NCBI GenBank assembly: GCA_949287305.1
Contig: CASEFX010000029.1
Coordinates: forward strand, 6,405-70,404
DNA from: an uncultured Sutterella sp.
GTDB taxonomy: Bacteria > Pseudomonadota > Gammaproteobacteria > Burkholderiales > Burkholderiaceae_F
DNA length: 64,000 nt
Direction: 5' to 3'
The notes under the pieces were generated by a model. The model saw only the letters and a list, made by a program, of their open reading frames with translations. It was not told the DNA's origin and did not search any database. Within the stretch, counting starts at the first letter, position 1. Every line of letters starts with the position of its first letter. A program made the translations under genes and the position numbers. Positions 44,302-53,427 of this stretch are shown piece by piece.

Positions 44302-45744
44302 ATGACCGAAATTTCCCGTCGCTCGCTGATCGCCGCGGCCGCGTTCGGCGGCGTCGCCGCTCTTTCGCCGACTCTGCGTGCGGCTGAAAAACCCGCCCAA
44401 GCCATTCCCGAATCCGCCGAAACCTTCGACGTCGTCGTCGCAGGGGGCGGCGCCGCAGGTTGCATGGCGGCCCGTACGGCCGCGAAGGTCGGCAAAAAGG
44501 TGCTTCTCGTTCAGTCGCTCCCGATGTTGGGCGGGTCGTCCGCCATTTCCTCGGGCTGGATTCGCGCCTGCAGGACCAAATGGCACGCAACCCGCGGCAT
44601 TGAGGACTCCGAAAATGCCTACGCCGAGGACATCGTCGCCTACGGCAAGGGTTCCCGCAATCCGAAGAAGGCCGCGATGATCGCCCGCGAGGCGGGCGCC
44701 TTCGTGAACGACCTTTTCGCGATCGGCGTCGAATTCACCGACGAGGAAGACCGCACGAACGGCGGCGAAAAGCTTCGCGTCGTGAAGACGAAGGGGGCGG
44801 GCGGCGCGCTCATGAGAAAGCTCGCCGAAGCCGTGCAGAAGGATCCGAACGTTACGGTGCGCACCAAGACGAGTCTCGTCGACGTCGTGCTCGATGAGGA
44901 AGGACAAAAGGTGGTCGGCGCGAAGATTTTGTCCGGTCGCAAGGAATCGGTCGTGCGCACGAAGGCGGTCGTGATCGCCACGGGCGGGTTCGGTCGCAAT
45001 CAGGACATGATCGAAGTCTTCACGGCGCCCTGGTCGAAGACGGGCCGCATCATGGACGTCGGTTGCAAGGGCGACGGCCTTCGCATCGCGACCGAACTCG
45101 GCGCGGGAACGCTCAACCTCAACATCGCCATGGTGTGTCCGACGCTCGAAGTGACGAAGAACATCTTCTTCAGTTCCGCTCCGCTGCTCATGGGCGGGAT
45201 CATCGTGAACGAAAAGGGCCGTCGCTTCACGAACGAGTATGTGATCTACACCCAAACCAACATCGACATGCTCAAGCAAAAGATCTGCTGGGAAATCGTC
45301 ACGAAGGACCTTCACCCCGTGGTCGAGTCGATGATCGAAAAGGGCGTCGCGACGAAGTGCGACACGGTCGAAGACCTGGCGAAACTCATTGGCTGCGACC
45401 CGAAGGGCCTTGCGGCCGACATCGAGGCGCACAACGCCACGACGCGTCAGAAGCCCGAAGACCGCAAGGATCCGTTCGGGCGCACCGTGTACGAAAAGGA
45501 ACTGAAGGCCCCGTTCTATGCTCTTCAGATCAAGCCCGTGATGCTCGAGACGGTGGGCGGCATCACGATCGATGAAAAGTGCCGCGTGACGACGCTTCTC
45601 GGGAAGCCCGTCGCCGAAGGGCTCTTTGCCGCGGGCGCCGTCGCATTCGGCGAACATTTCGGCGTCGGCTACCGTTCGGGCGACGCTTACGCCTACGCGG
45701 GCTCCACCGGCATCACGGCCGGCAAGGAAGCCGCGAAGCTCTGA
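44302..45744 (+). CDS. Tat-exported FAD-dependent reductase, fumarate/urocanate reductase flavoprotein (FAD_binding_2) family
   Basis: AAGGAGA RBS. Twin-arginine signal SRRSLIAAAAFGG. Dinucleotide motif DVVVAGGGAAG. C-terminal ..GLFAAGAVAFGEHFGVGYRSG.. is typical of soluble flavocytochrome-c-like reductases. Confidence 0.85.
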   Translation: MTEISRRSLIAAAAFGGVAALSPTLRAAEKPAQAIPESAETFDVVVAGGGAAGCMAARTAAKVGKKVLLVQSLPMLGGSSAISSGWIRACRTKWHATRGIEDSENAYAEDIVAYGKGSRNPKKAAMIAREAGAFVNDLFAIGVEFTDEEDRTNGGEKLRVVKTKGAGGALMRKLAEAVQKDPNVTVRTKTSLVDVVLDEEGQKVVGAKILSGRKESVVRTKAVVIATGGFGRNQDMIEVFTAPWSKTGRIMDVGCKGDGLRIATELGAGTLNLNIAMVCPTLEVTKNIFFSSAPLLMGGIIVNEKGRRFTNEYVIYTQTNIDMLKQKICWEIVTKDLHPVVESMIEKGVATKCDTVEDLAKLIGCDPKGLAADIEAHNATTRQKPEDRKDPFGRTVYEKELKAPFYALQIKPVMLETVGGITIDEKCRVTTLLGKPVAEGLFAAGAVAFGEHFGVGYRSGDAYAYAGSTGITAGKEAAKL

Positions 45745-45793
45745 CGAAAGCGATCACCCCGCCGAATCCTTCCGGCGGGGTGCCTGCGGGAAG

Positions 45794-45819
45794 CCCCGAT
45801 CCGTTCAGGTCGGGGTTTT
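45794..45819 (+). terminator. Rho-independent terminator (second of two hairpins after the flavoprotein gene)
   Basis: CCCCGATC pairs with GGTCGGGG and is followed by TTTT (45816-45819). Preceded by a 10-bp hairpin CACCCCGCCG/CGGCGGGGTG at 45755-45782. Confidence 0.7.
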
Positions 45820-45952
45820 CTCTTCGGCCGTCCCTGCGTCGTTCGTTTTTATCGCCTTAAACGCCGCGTGCGGGGCGACACGGTCCGAGACGATCTCAAG
45901 CTAAAATAATCTGCTTAATCAATCAAGTGCGAATGCCGTTTTGGTCAAGCAG

Positions 45953-46981
45953 ATGAAGAACACTTCCGTCCACAGAAAACAGAAGACGCTCTTTACCGAA
46001 AGCCGTCCGGATTTTTCCTCGGAAGAGAATTTTCAACGGTTCATGGATGCCATGAGCCGCTCGGGGCACATGCGTGCGCTAGGTTCGGGCTACCGCTTCG
46101 ATCCGAAGGTCTGTGCCGTTCCCAAGAGCGAGCCCTTCGCCTTTACCGTTCGGGCGACGCAGTGCACCGTGGGAACGCTCATTCACGGCAAAGTCTCGGC
46201 TTCCTCTTTCGGAGGTGCCGTTGCGATGGAACCCGAGCGGTATGTTCAGCTTCTGTTTCTGATTCGGGGGAAAGCCTTCTTCAAGAAGCGGAACCGCACC
46301 ATGCCGCTTCTGCGGGACGCCGTTCTCATACGGGATCCCGCGGTTCCCTTCGTATTTGTTGCCCGCACGGAGTGCGAGTGGTTTTCCCTGACGGTTCCGG
46401 CCGACTATTTCCGGGCTCATACAAGTTCGCCCCCTCTGGCCTATTTTTCGGAGCCCATTGTCCTTCGGGAGTCATTCGGGCGACTGTTGAAGCACGTGAT
46501 GATTCTTCTTTGCACGGCGCTCGATACGCTTGATCCGCGTGATGCCGGGGACGCCTGCGACGGATTGCTCTGTTTCCTTCGGCCCGCTCTCATGCAGCGC
46601 TATCGCGAGCGACGGCTCGACGAAGGTTCGGGTCGTCACGAGCAGCTTCGCAACGATGCCGAGAACGTCATGATCAAATGGATGCCGCGACCCGGCGTAA
46701 CGATGAAGGAAATCGCCGGGCACTGCGGCATTTCGCCGAGACTTCTCACGGTCATCTTCAGCGAAATCGGTACGACGCCTGCGGCGCATCTCATGCGTCT
46801 TCGCCTCGAGCATGCCGCGGTCTACCTTAAGGAGGCCCACGCCAAAGCGCTCTCCGTGAGCGAGGTCGCCGAAGTCTGCGGATTCCGAAGCGCGGCGCAT
46901 TTCTCCCGAGCCTTCAAAGCGCATTACGGCGTGACGCCGCGACAGATGAAGATGCGCGCCGTGCTTGATAAGTCAATTTAG
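45953..46981 (+). CDS. AraC/XylS-family transcriptional regulator
   Basis: C-terminal double HTH (..MKEIAGHCGISPRLLTVIFSE.., ..VSEVAEVCGFRSAAHFSRAFKAHYGVTPRQ). The start is uncertain: ATG at 45953 or TTG at 45941. Confidence 0.85.
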   Translation: MKNTSVHRKQKTLFTESRPDFSSEENFQRFMDAMSRSGHMRALGSGYRFDPKVCAVPKSEPFAFTVRATQCTVGTLIHGKVSASSFGGAVAMEPERYVQLLFLIRGKAFFKKRNRTMPLLRDAVLIRDPAVPFVFVARTECEWFSLTVPADYFRAHTSSPPLAYFSEPIVLRESFGRLLKHVMILLCTALDTLDPRDAGDACDGLLCFLRPALMQRYRERRLDEGSGRHEQLRNDAENVMIKWMPRPGVTMKEIAGHCGISPRLLTVIFSEIGTTPAAHLMRLRLEHAAVYLKEAHAKALSVSEVAEVCGFRSAAHFSRAFKAHYGVTPRQMKMRAVLDKSI

Positions 46982-47107
46982 AGATGCCGTCAAAGACAAT
47001 TGTTTAATGAAAAGATACTCTTGAACGCCGCGGTTCCGTAGGATTGGGTCACCCATCAAAATGCAGTGGATGCGTTTTGCAAACCGGTTCATCCGAAGGA
47101 GACCCTT

Positions 47108-49516
47108 ATGAACTGCTTCACGAATTGGACGATCAACCGACGTTCGTTCCTCTTCAACGCCGCTCTTGCCGCGACCGCCGCGGGCGGCACGCTGACTCCG
47201 CTCGCCCGCGCCGTGGCCGCGGCCGCGGACGATCTTGAAGTCATGACGTGGACGTCGTGCGTCGTCAACTGTGGCAGCCGCTGCCCGCTTCGCGCCTTTA
47301 CGAAGAACGGCCGCGTCATCCGCATCGAACCAGAAAACACCGGCGCCGACTCTACGAAGATGCCCGCCGAAGTGCCGCACGTGCGCGCCTGCCTGCGCGG
47401 GCGCTCCATGCGTCAGCGTCTGTATTCCCCCGAACGTCTGAAGTATCCGATGAAGCGCGTCGGCAAGCGCGGGGAAGGAAAGTTCGAACGCATCTCTTGG
47501 GACGAAGCGCTCGACACGGTGGCCGCCGCCCTCAAGAAGACGATCGAAAAGTACGGCAACGAAGCGGTGTACCTCAACTACGGGTCGGGCTCCTATCAGC
47601 TCGTTTCGTCGCGCAACACCGCTCAGCGCCTCCTCAACATGCTCGGCGGCTACCTTAATCAGTACGGGACGTATTCGTCCGCGCAGATCAACGGCGCCAT
47701 GCCCTATACCTACGGCATCGGCGCGGGCGGCTCGCAGATGACGGAAGTCGGCAACGCCGAACTCTACGTCGCCTTCGGTCACAACCCGATGGTCACGCGC
47801 CAGTCGGGCGGCGGGCAGGCCTGGGAACTCGAATGTGCCCGCAACGGCAAGAAGCGTCCCAAGATGATCGTGATCGATCCGATCTATACGGACACGTGCC
47901 TTGGCAAGGAAGACGAATGGGTGCCGATCCGTGTGGGCACCGACGCCGCGCTCGTCGAAGGCATGGCCTACGTCATGATCACGGAAAATCTCGTCGATCA
48001 GGAATTCCTCGACAAGTACTGCATCGGGTACGACGAAAAGACGCTTCCGAAGGAAGCGCCGAAGAACGGCGACTACAAGTCCTACATTCTCGGCAAGGGC
48101 CCCGACGGGATTCCGAAGACCCCGGAATACGCTTCGAAGATCACGGGCGTTCCGGTGGAAACCATCGTGCGCATCGCCCGACTCTGTGCGACGACGAAGC
48201 CCGTCTTCTTTGCGCAGGGTTACGGCTCGCAGCGTCAGGCCAACGGCGAACAAACCGTCCGCGCCATCGCCATGCTCCCGATTCTGACGGGACAGGTGGG
48301 CTTGCCGGGTACGAACCACGGCGGCCGCGAAGGCGACATCGGCCTCGGCGACAAGGGGCTTCCCGCGGGGAAGAACCCCGTGAAGACGTCCATTTCGTTC
48401 TTCACCTGGGTTGACGCGATCGACCACGGCGACCAAATGACGGCCGTCAAGGACGGCGTACGCGGCCGCGACAAGCTCGAGCATCCGATCAAGTTCCTCT
48501 GGAACCAGTGCTCGAACGTCATGGTGAATCAGCACTCCGACCACAACGGCACGGCGAAGATCCTCGCCGACGAGTCGAAGTGCGAGTTCATCCTCGTCAT
48601 CGACAATCAGATGACGTCGTCCGCGAAGTTCGCCGACATTCTTCTCCCCGACGTCATGCAGCAGGAATTGAACGACATCGCCGCGGACGGTTATGCGACG
48701 GGGACGTCGAACTTCATGGTGGCGCTTCAGAAGGCGGTTGAGCCTCAGTGGGAGCAGCGCTCGGGCTATGCAATCTGCACGGCGCTCGCCGAACGCTTCG
48801 GCATCAAGGAAAAGTACACCGAAGGCCGCACGCAGGAAGAGTGGGTTGAGTGGTGCTACAACGAAACGCGCAAGAAGCACCCCTCGATGCCCGACTTCAA
48901 GACCTTCTGGAAGCAGGGCATCGTCAAGGTTCCGGGTCTCGGCGTCGGCAAGACCGTCGTGCTGAAGGACTTCCGTGAGGATCCCGCGAAGCATCCCTTG
49001 AAGACTCCGTCGGGCAAGATCGAAATCTGGAGCGGCGCGCTCGACAAGCTCGCCAAGACCTGGACGCTCGACAAGGACGAGGTGATTTCGGCCCTTCCGA
49101 TGTACGTGCGCACCTTTGAAATGCCGGGCGATCCCCTGCAGCGGAAGTACCCGCTGCAGTGCTTCGGTTACCACGGTCACGGCCGTACGCATTCGACGTA
49201 CCACAACGTGCCGTGGCTGCGCGAGGTGCAGCCCGATCAGCTCCTCATCAATCCGATCGACGCAAAGCCCCGCGGCATCGCCGACGGCGCGACGGTGGAG
49301 GTCTTCAATGACCGCGGTCGCGTGCGCATTCCCGCCAAGGTGACGGAACGCATCATTCCGGGCGTCGTGGCCTTCCCGCAGGGTGGCTGGTGGACGCCGG
49401 GCGAAGACGGCACCGACACGGGCCCCTCGATCAATACGCTCACGACCCCGCGCCACAGTCCGCTTGCGAAGGCGAATCCGCAGCACACCAACCTTGTGGA
49501 AGTGAAGGCCCTCTGA
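47108..49516 (+). CDS. Tat-exported DMSO-reductase-family molybdoenzyme catalytic subunit (DmsA-like), paralog 1
   Basis: AAGGAGA RBS then ATG at 47108. Signal INRRSFLFNAALAATAAGG. FS0 Cys motif region (WTSCVVNCGSRCPLR). About 800 aa of DmsA-like sequence. Confidence 0.9.
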   Translation: MNCFTNWTINRRSFLFNAALAATAAGGTLTPLARAVAAAADDLEVMTWTSCVVNCGSRCPLRAFTKNGRVIRIEPENTGADSTKMPAEVPHVRACLRGRSMRQRLYSPERLKYPMKRVGKRGEGKFERISWDEALDTVAAALKKTIEKYGNEAVYLNYGSGSYQLVSSRNTAQRLLNMLGGYLNQYGTYSSAQINGAMPYTYGIGAGGSQMTEVGNAELYVAFGHNPMVTRQSGGGQAWELECARNGKKRPKMIVIDPIYTDTCLGKEDEWVPIRVGTDAALVEGMAYVMITENLVDQEFLDKYCIGYDEKTLPKEAPKNGDYKSYILGKGPDGIPKTPEYASKITGVPVETIVRIARLCATTKPVFFAQGYGSQRQANGEQTVRAIAMLPILTGQVGLPGTNHGGREGDIGLGDKGLPAGKNPVKTSISFFTWVDAIDHGDQMTAVKDGVRGRDKLEHPIKFLWNQCSNVMVNQHSDHNGTAKILADESKCEFILVIDNQMTSSAKFADILLPDVMQQELNDIAADGYATGTSNFMVALQKAVEPQWEQRSGYAICTALAERFGIKEKYTEGRTQEEWVEWCYNETRKKHPSMPDFKTFWKQGIVKVPGLGVGKTVVLKDFREDPAKHPLKTPSGKIEIWSGALDKLAKTWTLDKDEVISALPMYVRTFEMPGDPLQRKYPLQCFGYHGHGRTHSTYHNVPWLREVQPDQLLINPIDAKPRGIADGATVEVFNDRGRVRIPAKVTERIIPGVVAFPQGGWWTPGEDGTDTGPSINTLTTPRHSPLAKANPQHTNLVEVKAL

Positions 49517-49534
49517 GGCGAATAGGAGATGAAA

Positions 49535-50155
49535 ATGACGCAGTATGGTTTCTATTTCGACGCCTCGAAGTGCACGGGCTGCAAGACCTGCATGGTCGCC
49601 TGCAAGGACAAGAACAACCTGCCGGTCGGAATGAACTTCCGCCGCGTGACGGAATATTCGGGCGGCAACTGGCGGCAGGACCGCGCGACGGGCGCCTGGC
49701 ATCAGGACGCTTTCGCCTACTATCTTTCGATTTCCTGCAATGAGTGCTCCGACCCTGCGTGCGTGAAGGTGTGCCCCACGAAGGCGCATTTCAAGCGCGC
49801 CGAAGACGGGCTTGTCCTCATCGATCCGAAAAAGTGCATCGGGTGCGGCGCCTGTCTGGCGGCCTGTCCCTACGGCGCTCCGCAGCTCGATCGCGAAGCC
49901 CGCAAGATGCGCAAGTGCGACACCTGTCTCGACCGCCGCGAAAAGGGGCTCAACCCCACGTGCGTGGACGCTTGTCCGCAGCGTGCGCTCGACTTCGGTC
50001 CGATCGATGAACTCCGCAAGAAGTACGGTGACTGCGCCGCGATCGCGCCTCTGCCCGACGCTTCCGTGACGAAGCCCAATCTCGTGATTCATCCGACGAA
50101 GAACGCGAAGAAGCCCGGTACGGAAGGTACGGTTCATTGTGCGCTCAAGGACTGA
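49535..50155 (+). CDS. DmsB-like 4x[4Fe-4S] electron-transfer subunit, paralog 1
   Basis: MTQYGFYFDASKCTGCKTCMVACKD.., CIGCGACLAACP and other ferredoxin motifs. GGAG RBS 7 nt before the ATG at 49535. An alternative ATG lies at 49529. Confidence 0.9.
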   Translation: MTQYGFYFDASKCTGCKTCMVACKDKNNLPVGMNFRRVTEYSGGNWRQDRATGAWHQDAFAYYLSISCNECSDPACVKVCPTKAHFKRAEDGLVLIDPKKCIGCGACLAACPYGAPQLDREARKMRKCDTCLDRREKGLNPTCVDACPQRALDFGPIDELRKKYGDCAAIAPLPDASVTKPNLVIHPTKNAKKPGTEGTVHCALKD

Positions 50156-50189
50156 CGAGGGTTAAAAAGCACAACCCTCCGGGTTTGAA

Positions 50190-50224
50190 GGCGGGCGTGC
50201 GGCGAGGCCGTACGCCTGCCTTTT
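50190..50224 (+). terminator. Rho-independent terminator after dmsAB paralog 1
   Basis: 13-bp stem (50190-50202 with 50208-50220, two G-U pairs), 5-nt loop, then TTTT at 50221-50224. Confidence 0.75.
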
Positions 50225-50300
50225 GGCTTCGAGGGTCCTGAGCTTCAGGTTTTCGGCAAGGAATCGGTCAAAAATGTTCGGAAGCGGGGCCCAAAGCAAA

Positions 50301-50324
50301 GCCCCGATCTTTTCAGGTCGGGGC
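50301..50324 (-). terminator. Hairpin terminator for the minus-strand flavoprotein gene
   Basis: GCCCCGA/TCGGGGC hairpin. On the minus strand it is followed by TTTGCTTTG. Confidence 0.55.
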
Positions 50325-50348
50325 CGATCTCAGTCAACTGTCACCGCA

Positions 50349-51761
50349 TCACTTGGTTTCGATCGATTTCAGCGCACCGCGGGCGGCGATGCGGCCCGTG
50401 ACGATCCCGAGCGAGACGCCCTGACCGTACTGGTCGGCGGTTTCGCCCGCGACGAAGAGTCCCGGAATGACCGTGCCGTCGGTCTTCAAGGCGGCCCCGT
50501 CAGCGTTGCGTTCCACCCCGCCGTAGGTCGTCTGACTCGCGGGTGAAATCTTCTGGCCGTAGTAGGGCGCCTTGTCGATGCGCGAGAACATCGACTGCGT
50601 GCGCCCGAAGTCCTCGTCCTTATTCTTGTCGAAGAACCTGCGCCAACGTTCGACCGTGGCCGTGAGTTTCGTCTTGTCGATCCCGAGCTTGCCGGCAAGT
50701 TCCTCGAGCGTGTCGGCCTTCACGAAATAGCCCTGGGCTTCGTACTTCTTCATGAGGGCGGCGTTTTCGACGCTCGCGCGGTCGAAGATCAGGTAGGCCA
50801 CGCCTCCCTCCTGCGCCTTGATGTCGGCTCCGATCACGGCGGTGCTTCCGAGTTCGTTCGTGAAGCGCTTCCCGGATTTGCCGACGAGAATCGCGCCGTT
50901 GTAGCGCACGTTCGTAAGCGACACCGCGCCGTGCCCCGTGTCGTAGGCGACGGTCTGGGGACCGGCGAGCGCCATGTTGTCGAGCTTCGCGCCAAGCTTT
51001 TCGGCCATGAGGATGCCGTCCCCCTCGGCCCCGACGCTCGCCGTCGACGGATAGCCCGCCCACTGGGGCGTAAAGCGCTTGACGAGGTCCGGATTGGAAG
51101 CGAAGCCGCCCGTCGCGAGAATCACCGCTTTGGCGGGAATCGTTTCCGTGGTCTTGGCCTTCATCATCGCCTTCACGCCCGTGACGCGGCCCGACTCGTC
51201 GGTGACGAGTTCCTGCACGTCGGCGTTCGTCACGACGGGAATCCCGAGCGAGTCCACGCGCCTTTTGAGAACTGGAACGATCATCGCGCCGTAGGCGCTT
51301 CCGTCGGCGGGCGTCATTTGGGATCCGTTGATGATGCGCGACATGTCGGCGCCCATCGCGATCAGCCAGTCCGCGGTCGGTCCGGAGAGTTCAGCCAACT
51401 GCTTGATGTTGGCGCGGTCGTGTTCGTCCGCCTTGGGAAAGCCCTTGAGAAGCTTCGCTTCATAGTCCTTCGCCGAATAGTTCGGCTGCAGTTTCGAGCC
51501 GCCCGCGTTGTAGGCGGTGGAGGCAAGAAGCGTCGTGCCGCCGACGAAAGGCAGTTTTTCGAGAATCACAACCTTCGCCTTGCCGTTCGAAGCTTCGTGC
51601 GCTTCAATGGCGGCCGCCATGCCGGCGCCGCCCGCGCCGACCACGAGAATGTCGGCGGAGAGCGTCTGCGCGCCCGCAAAGGTTGCGTAAAGAAGGCCCG
51701 CCGCGGCGAGCAGGGCGGGCAGGGGACGAAGGACGGTCTTCTTGGCTGTGGCGGTTCGCAT
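50349..51761 (-). CDS. Exported FAD-dependent reductase, fumarate/urocanate reductase flavoprotein family
   Basis: AAGGAGA RBS then ATG at 51761. Signal peptide MRTATAKKTVLRPLPALLAAAGLLYATFAGA. ILVVGAGGAGMAAA dinucleotide motif. C-terminal GLFVAGETADQYGQG. The track ORF extension to 52673 overlaps the LysE gene and is rejected. Confidence 0.88.
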   Translation of the reverse strand: MRTATAKKTVLRPLPALLAAAGLLYATFAGAQTLSADILVVGAGGAGMAAAIEAHEASNGKAKVVILEKLPFVGGTTLLASTAYNAGGSKLQPNYSAKDYEAKLLKGFPKADEHDRANIKQLAELSGPTADWLIAMGADMSRIINGSQMTPADGSAYGAMIVPVLKRRVDSLGIPVVTNADVQELVTDESGRVTGVKAMMKAKTTETIPAKAVILATGGFASNPDLVKRFTPQWAGYPSTASVGAEGDGILMAEKLGAKLDNMALAGPQTVAYDTGHGAVSLTNVRYNGAILVGKSGKRFTNELGSTAVIGADIKAQEGGVAYLIFDRASVENAALMKKYEAQGYFVKADTLEELAGKLGIDKTKLTATVERWRRFFDKNKDEDFGRTQSMFSRIDKAPYYGQKISPASQTTYGGVERNADGAALKTDGTVIPGLFVAGETADQYGQGVSLGIVTGRIAARGALKSIETK

Positions 51762-52004
51762 GGAATTCTCCTTTTCGGGTTCGGCGGCGTCCGAGGTTCC
51801 CAAAAGGAGGGATACCGCTTTCCGGACCGTCGAACGAGCTGTTCTTGGTCTCTCGATTATCGGGCGGCCCGAACAAAATCGACAATGCTCAAAATCCCGA
51901 GAACGTTCACGCCCGGAGTCGCCTCTGCCTAGGCAATTTGCCCGAGGGAGGGGAAACGTAAAGCCGATAGAATGGAAAAATCGTTCACGTTCAAGGATTT
52001 CGTC

Positions 52005-52625
52005 ATGTCGCCCTCCGAATGGCTCGCCTTTGCGGGAATGAGCTTTGTGCTCGCCGTCGCGCCCGGTCCCGACAATCTCTTCGTTCTCACCCAGAGCGCC
52101 GTGTTGGGTGCCCGAGCGGGACTTTATGTGGTGCTCGGCCTCTGCGGCGGACTCCTGCTGCAGACGATCGCGGCGGCCCTGGGGCTCGCGATCGTGATTC
52201 AGGAATTCCCCGCCGTCTTCTGGGCGATCAAGATCGCGGGCGCGCTCTACCTCTGCTACCTCGCCTACATGGCGTGGACCCACGCCGAAGACGTGCCGGG
52301 CGAGGGCGGCGCGCTCGACCTCAAGCCCTGGCCGCTCGTGCGCCGCGGGGTGATCATGAACATCACGAACCCCAAGGTGCAGATCTTCTTTCTTGCGTTC
52401 TTCCCGCAGTTCGTGAAGCCCGGCACCGAAGGCATGGCCCTGGCGGTTCAGATGATCGGGCAGGGCGCGATCTTCCTTTTCGCGACCGTCGTGGTGTTCT
52501 CGGCCTGCGCCCTGGGAGCGGGCGTTCTCGCCTCGGCCCTGCGCAATCCCAAGTGGGCGGGTTTGCTCAACCGCGCGAGCGCCGTCTTGTTCCTGGGGCT
52601 CGCGGTTTCGGCCCTCTTTGCATGA
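52005..52625 (+). CDS. LysE/RhtB-family amino-acid efflux protein
   Basis: About 206 aa with six hydrophobic segments. N-terminal VAPGPDNLFVL motif and NPKVQIFFLAFFPQF motif. Confidence 0.85.
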   Translation: MSPSEWLAFAGMSFVLAVAPGPDNLFVLTQSAVLGARAGLYVVLGLCGGLLLQTIAAALGLAIVIQEFPAVFWAIKIAGALYLCYLAYMAWTHAEDVPGEGGALDLKPWPLVRRGVIMNITNPKVQIFFLAFFPQFVKPGTEGMALAVQMIGQGAIFLFATVVVFSACALGAGVLASALRNPKWAGLLNRASAVLFLGLAVSALFA

Positions 52626-52638
52626 CTCGGAGACTGCA

Positions 52639-53427
52639 ATGAAACAGTACGTAGTCGATGCCTTCACCGACAAGGTCTTTCACGGCAATCCCGCCGCCGT
52701 TTGTCTTCTCGACGCCTGGCCCGAGGACGAACTCATGCTCTCGATCGCCCGGGAAAACAATCTTTCGGAAACCGCCTTCTGCGTGCCCGAAGGCGACGCT
52801 TGGGGGCTTCGCTGGTTCACGCCGGGCGGCGAAATCGATCTCTGCGGGCACGCGACGCTCGGCACGGCCTACGTGCTCTTTCGCTTCGTCGTCCCCGAGG
52901 CGGAGAGGCTTTCCTTTGCCACGAAGAGCGGCACGCTCGTCGTTACGCGTCGGGACGACTTGCTCGAAATGGACTTCCCCGCCTACGACCTCCGCCCCGT
53001 GCCGGTCACGCCCGAGATGAGGGCGGTGCTCGGAGCCGAGCCCAAGGAAGCTTATTTGGGTCGCGATCTCCTCTGCGTCTTCGACGATCCCGAAACCGTA
53101 CGGAAGATGACGCCCGACTTCCGGGCGATGACGAAGCTCGAAGGTCTTCTCGTCAACGTCACGGCGCCGGGCGAACCCGAGAACGGCTTCGACTGCGTTT
53201 CGCGGTCGTTTGCGCCGAAGCTCGCCGTCGACGAAGATCCCGTCTGCGGGTCGGGGCACTGTCACATCGTGCCCTATTGGGTGCGCCGTCTTGGAAAAGA
53301 CTCCATCACGGCCTATCAGGCATCGCGCCGCGGCGGGACGCTTTATTGCCGTCAGGCAGGCGATCGCATCACGCTCGCCGGCAAGGCCGTTCTCTACAGC
53401 ACGGCGGAACTTTCGGTCGATCTCTGA
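52639..53427 (+). CDS. PhzF-family isomerase-like protein
   Basis: MKQYVVDAFTDKVFHGNPAAVCLL.., SETAF and GGEIDLCGHATL motifs. Confidence 0.88.
   Translation: MKQYVVDAFTDKVFHGNPAAVCLLDAWPEDELMLSIARENNLSETAFCVPEGDAWGLRWFTPGGEIDLCGHATLGTAYVLFRFVVPEAERLSFATKSGTLVVTRRDDLLEMDFPAYDLRPVPVTPEMRAVLGAEPKEAYLGRDLLCVFDDPETVRKMTPDFRAMTKLEGLLVNVTAPGEPENGFDCVSRSFAPKLAVDEDPVCGSGHCHIVPYWVRRLGKDSITAYQASRRGGTLYCRQAGDRITLAGKAVLYSTAELSVDL

Noticed and set aside
41658-44495. 945-aa minus-strand ORF spanning the SDR and the 534-aa ORF
   Set aside because: It crosses two plus-strand genes and their intergenic spacer, is low-complexity and Arg-rich, and has no RBS. The plus-strand SDR motifs (TGGSTGIG, YxxxK) are decisive.
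46973-50137. 1054-aa minus-strand ORF opposite dmsAB paralog 1, and the equivalent 1050-aa ORF at 53990-57142 opposite paralog 2
   Set aside because: Both are antisense shadows of strongly recognisable DmsA/DmsB genes. The fact that both paralogs cast similar shadows reflects codon bias, not coding.
51762-52673. Upstream 304-codon extension of the minus-strand flavoprotein ORF (track ORF 50349-52673)
   Set aside because: The extension overlaps the plus-strand LysE gene and has no flavoprotein features. An AAGGAGA RBS and a signal peptide begin at the ATG at 51761.
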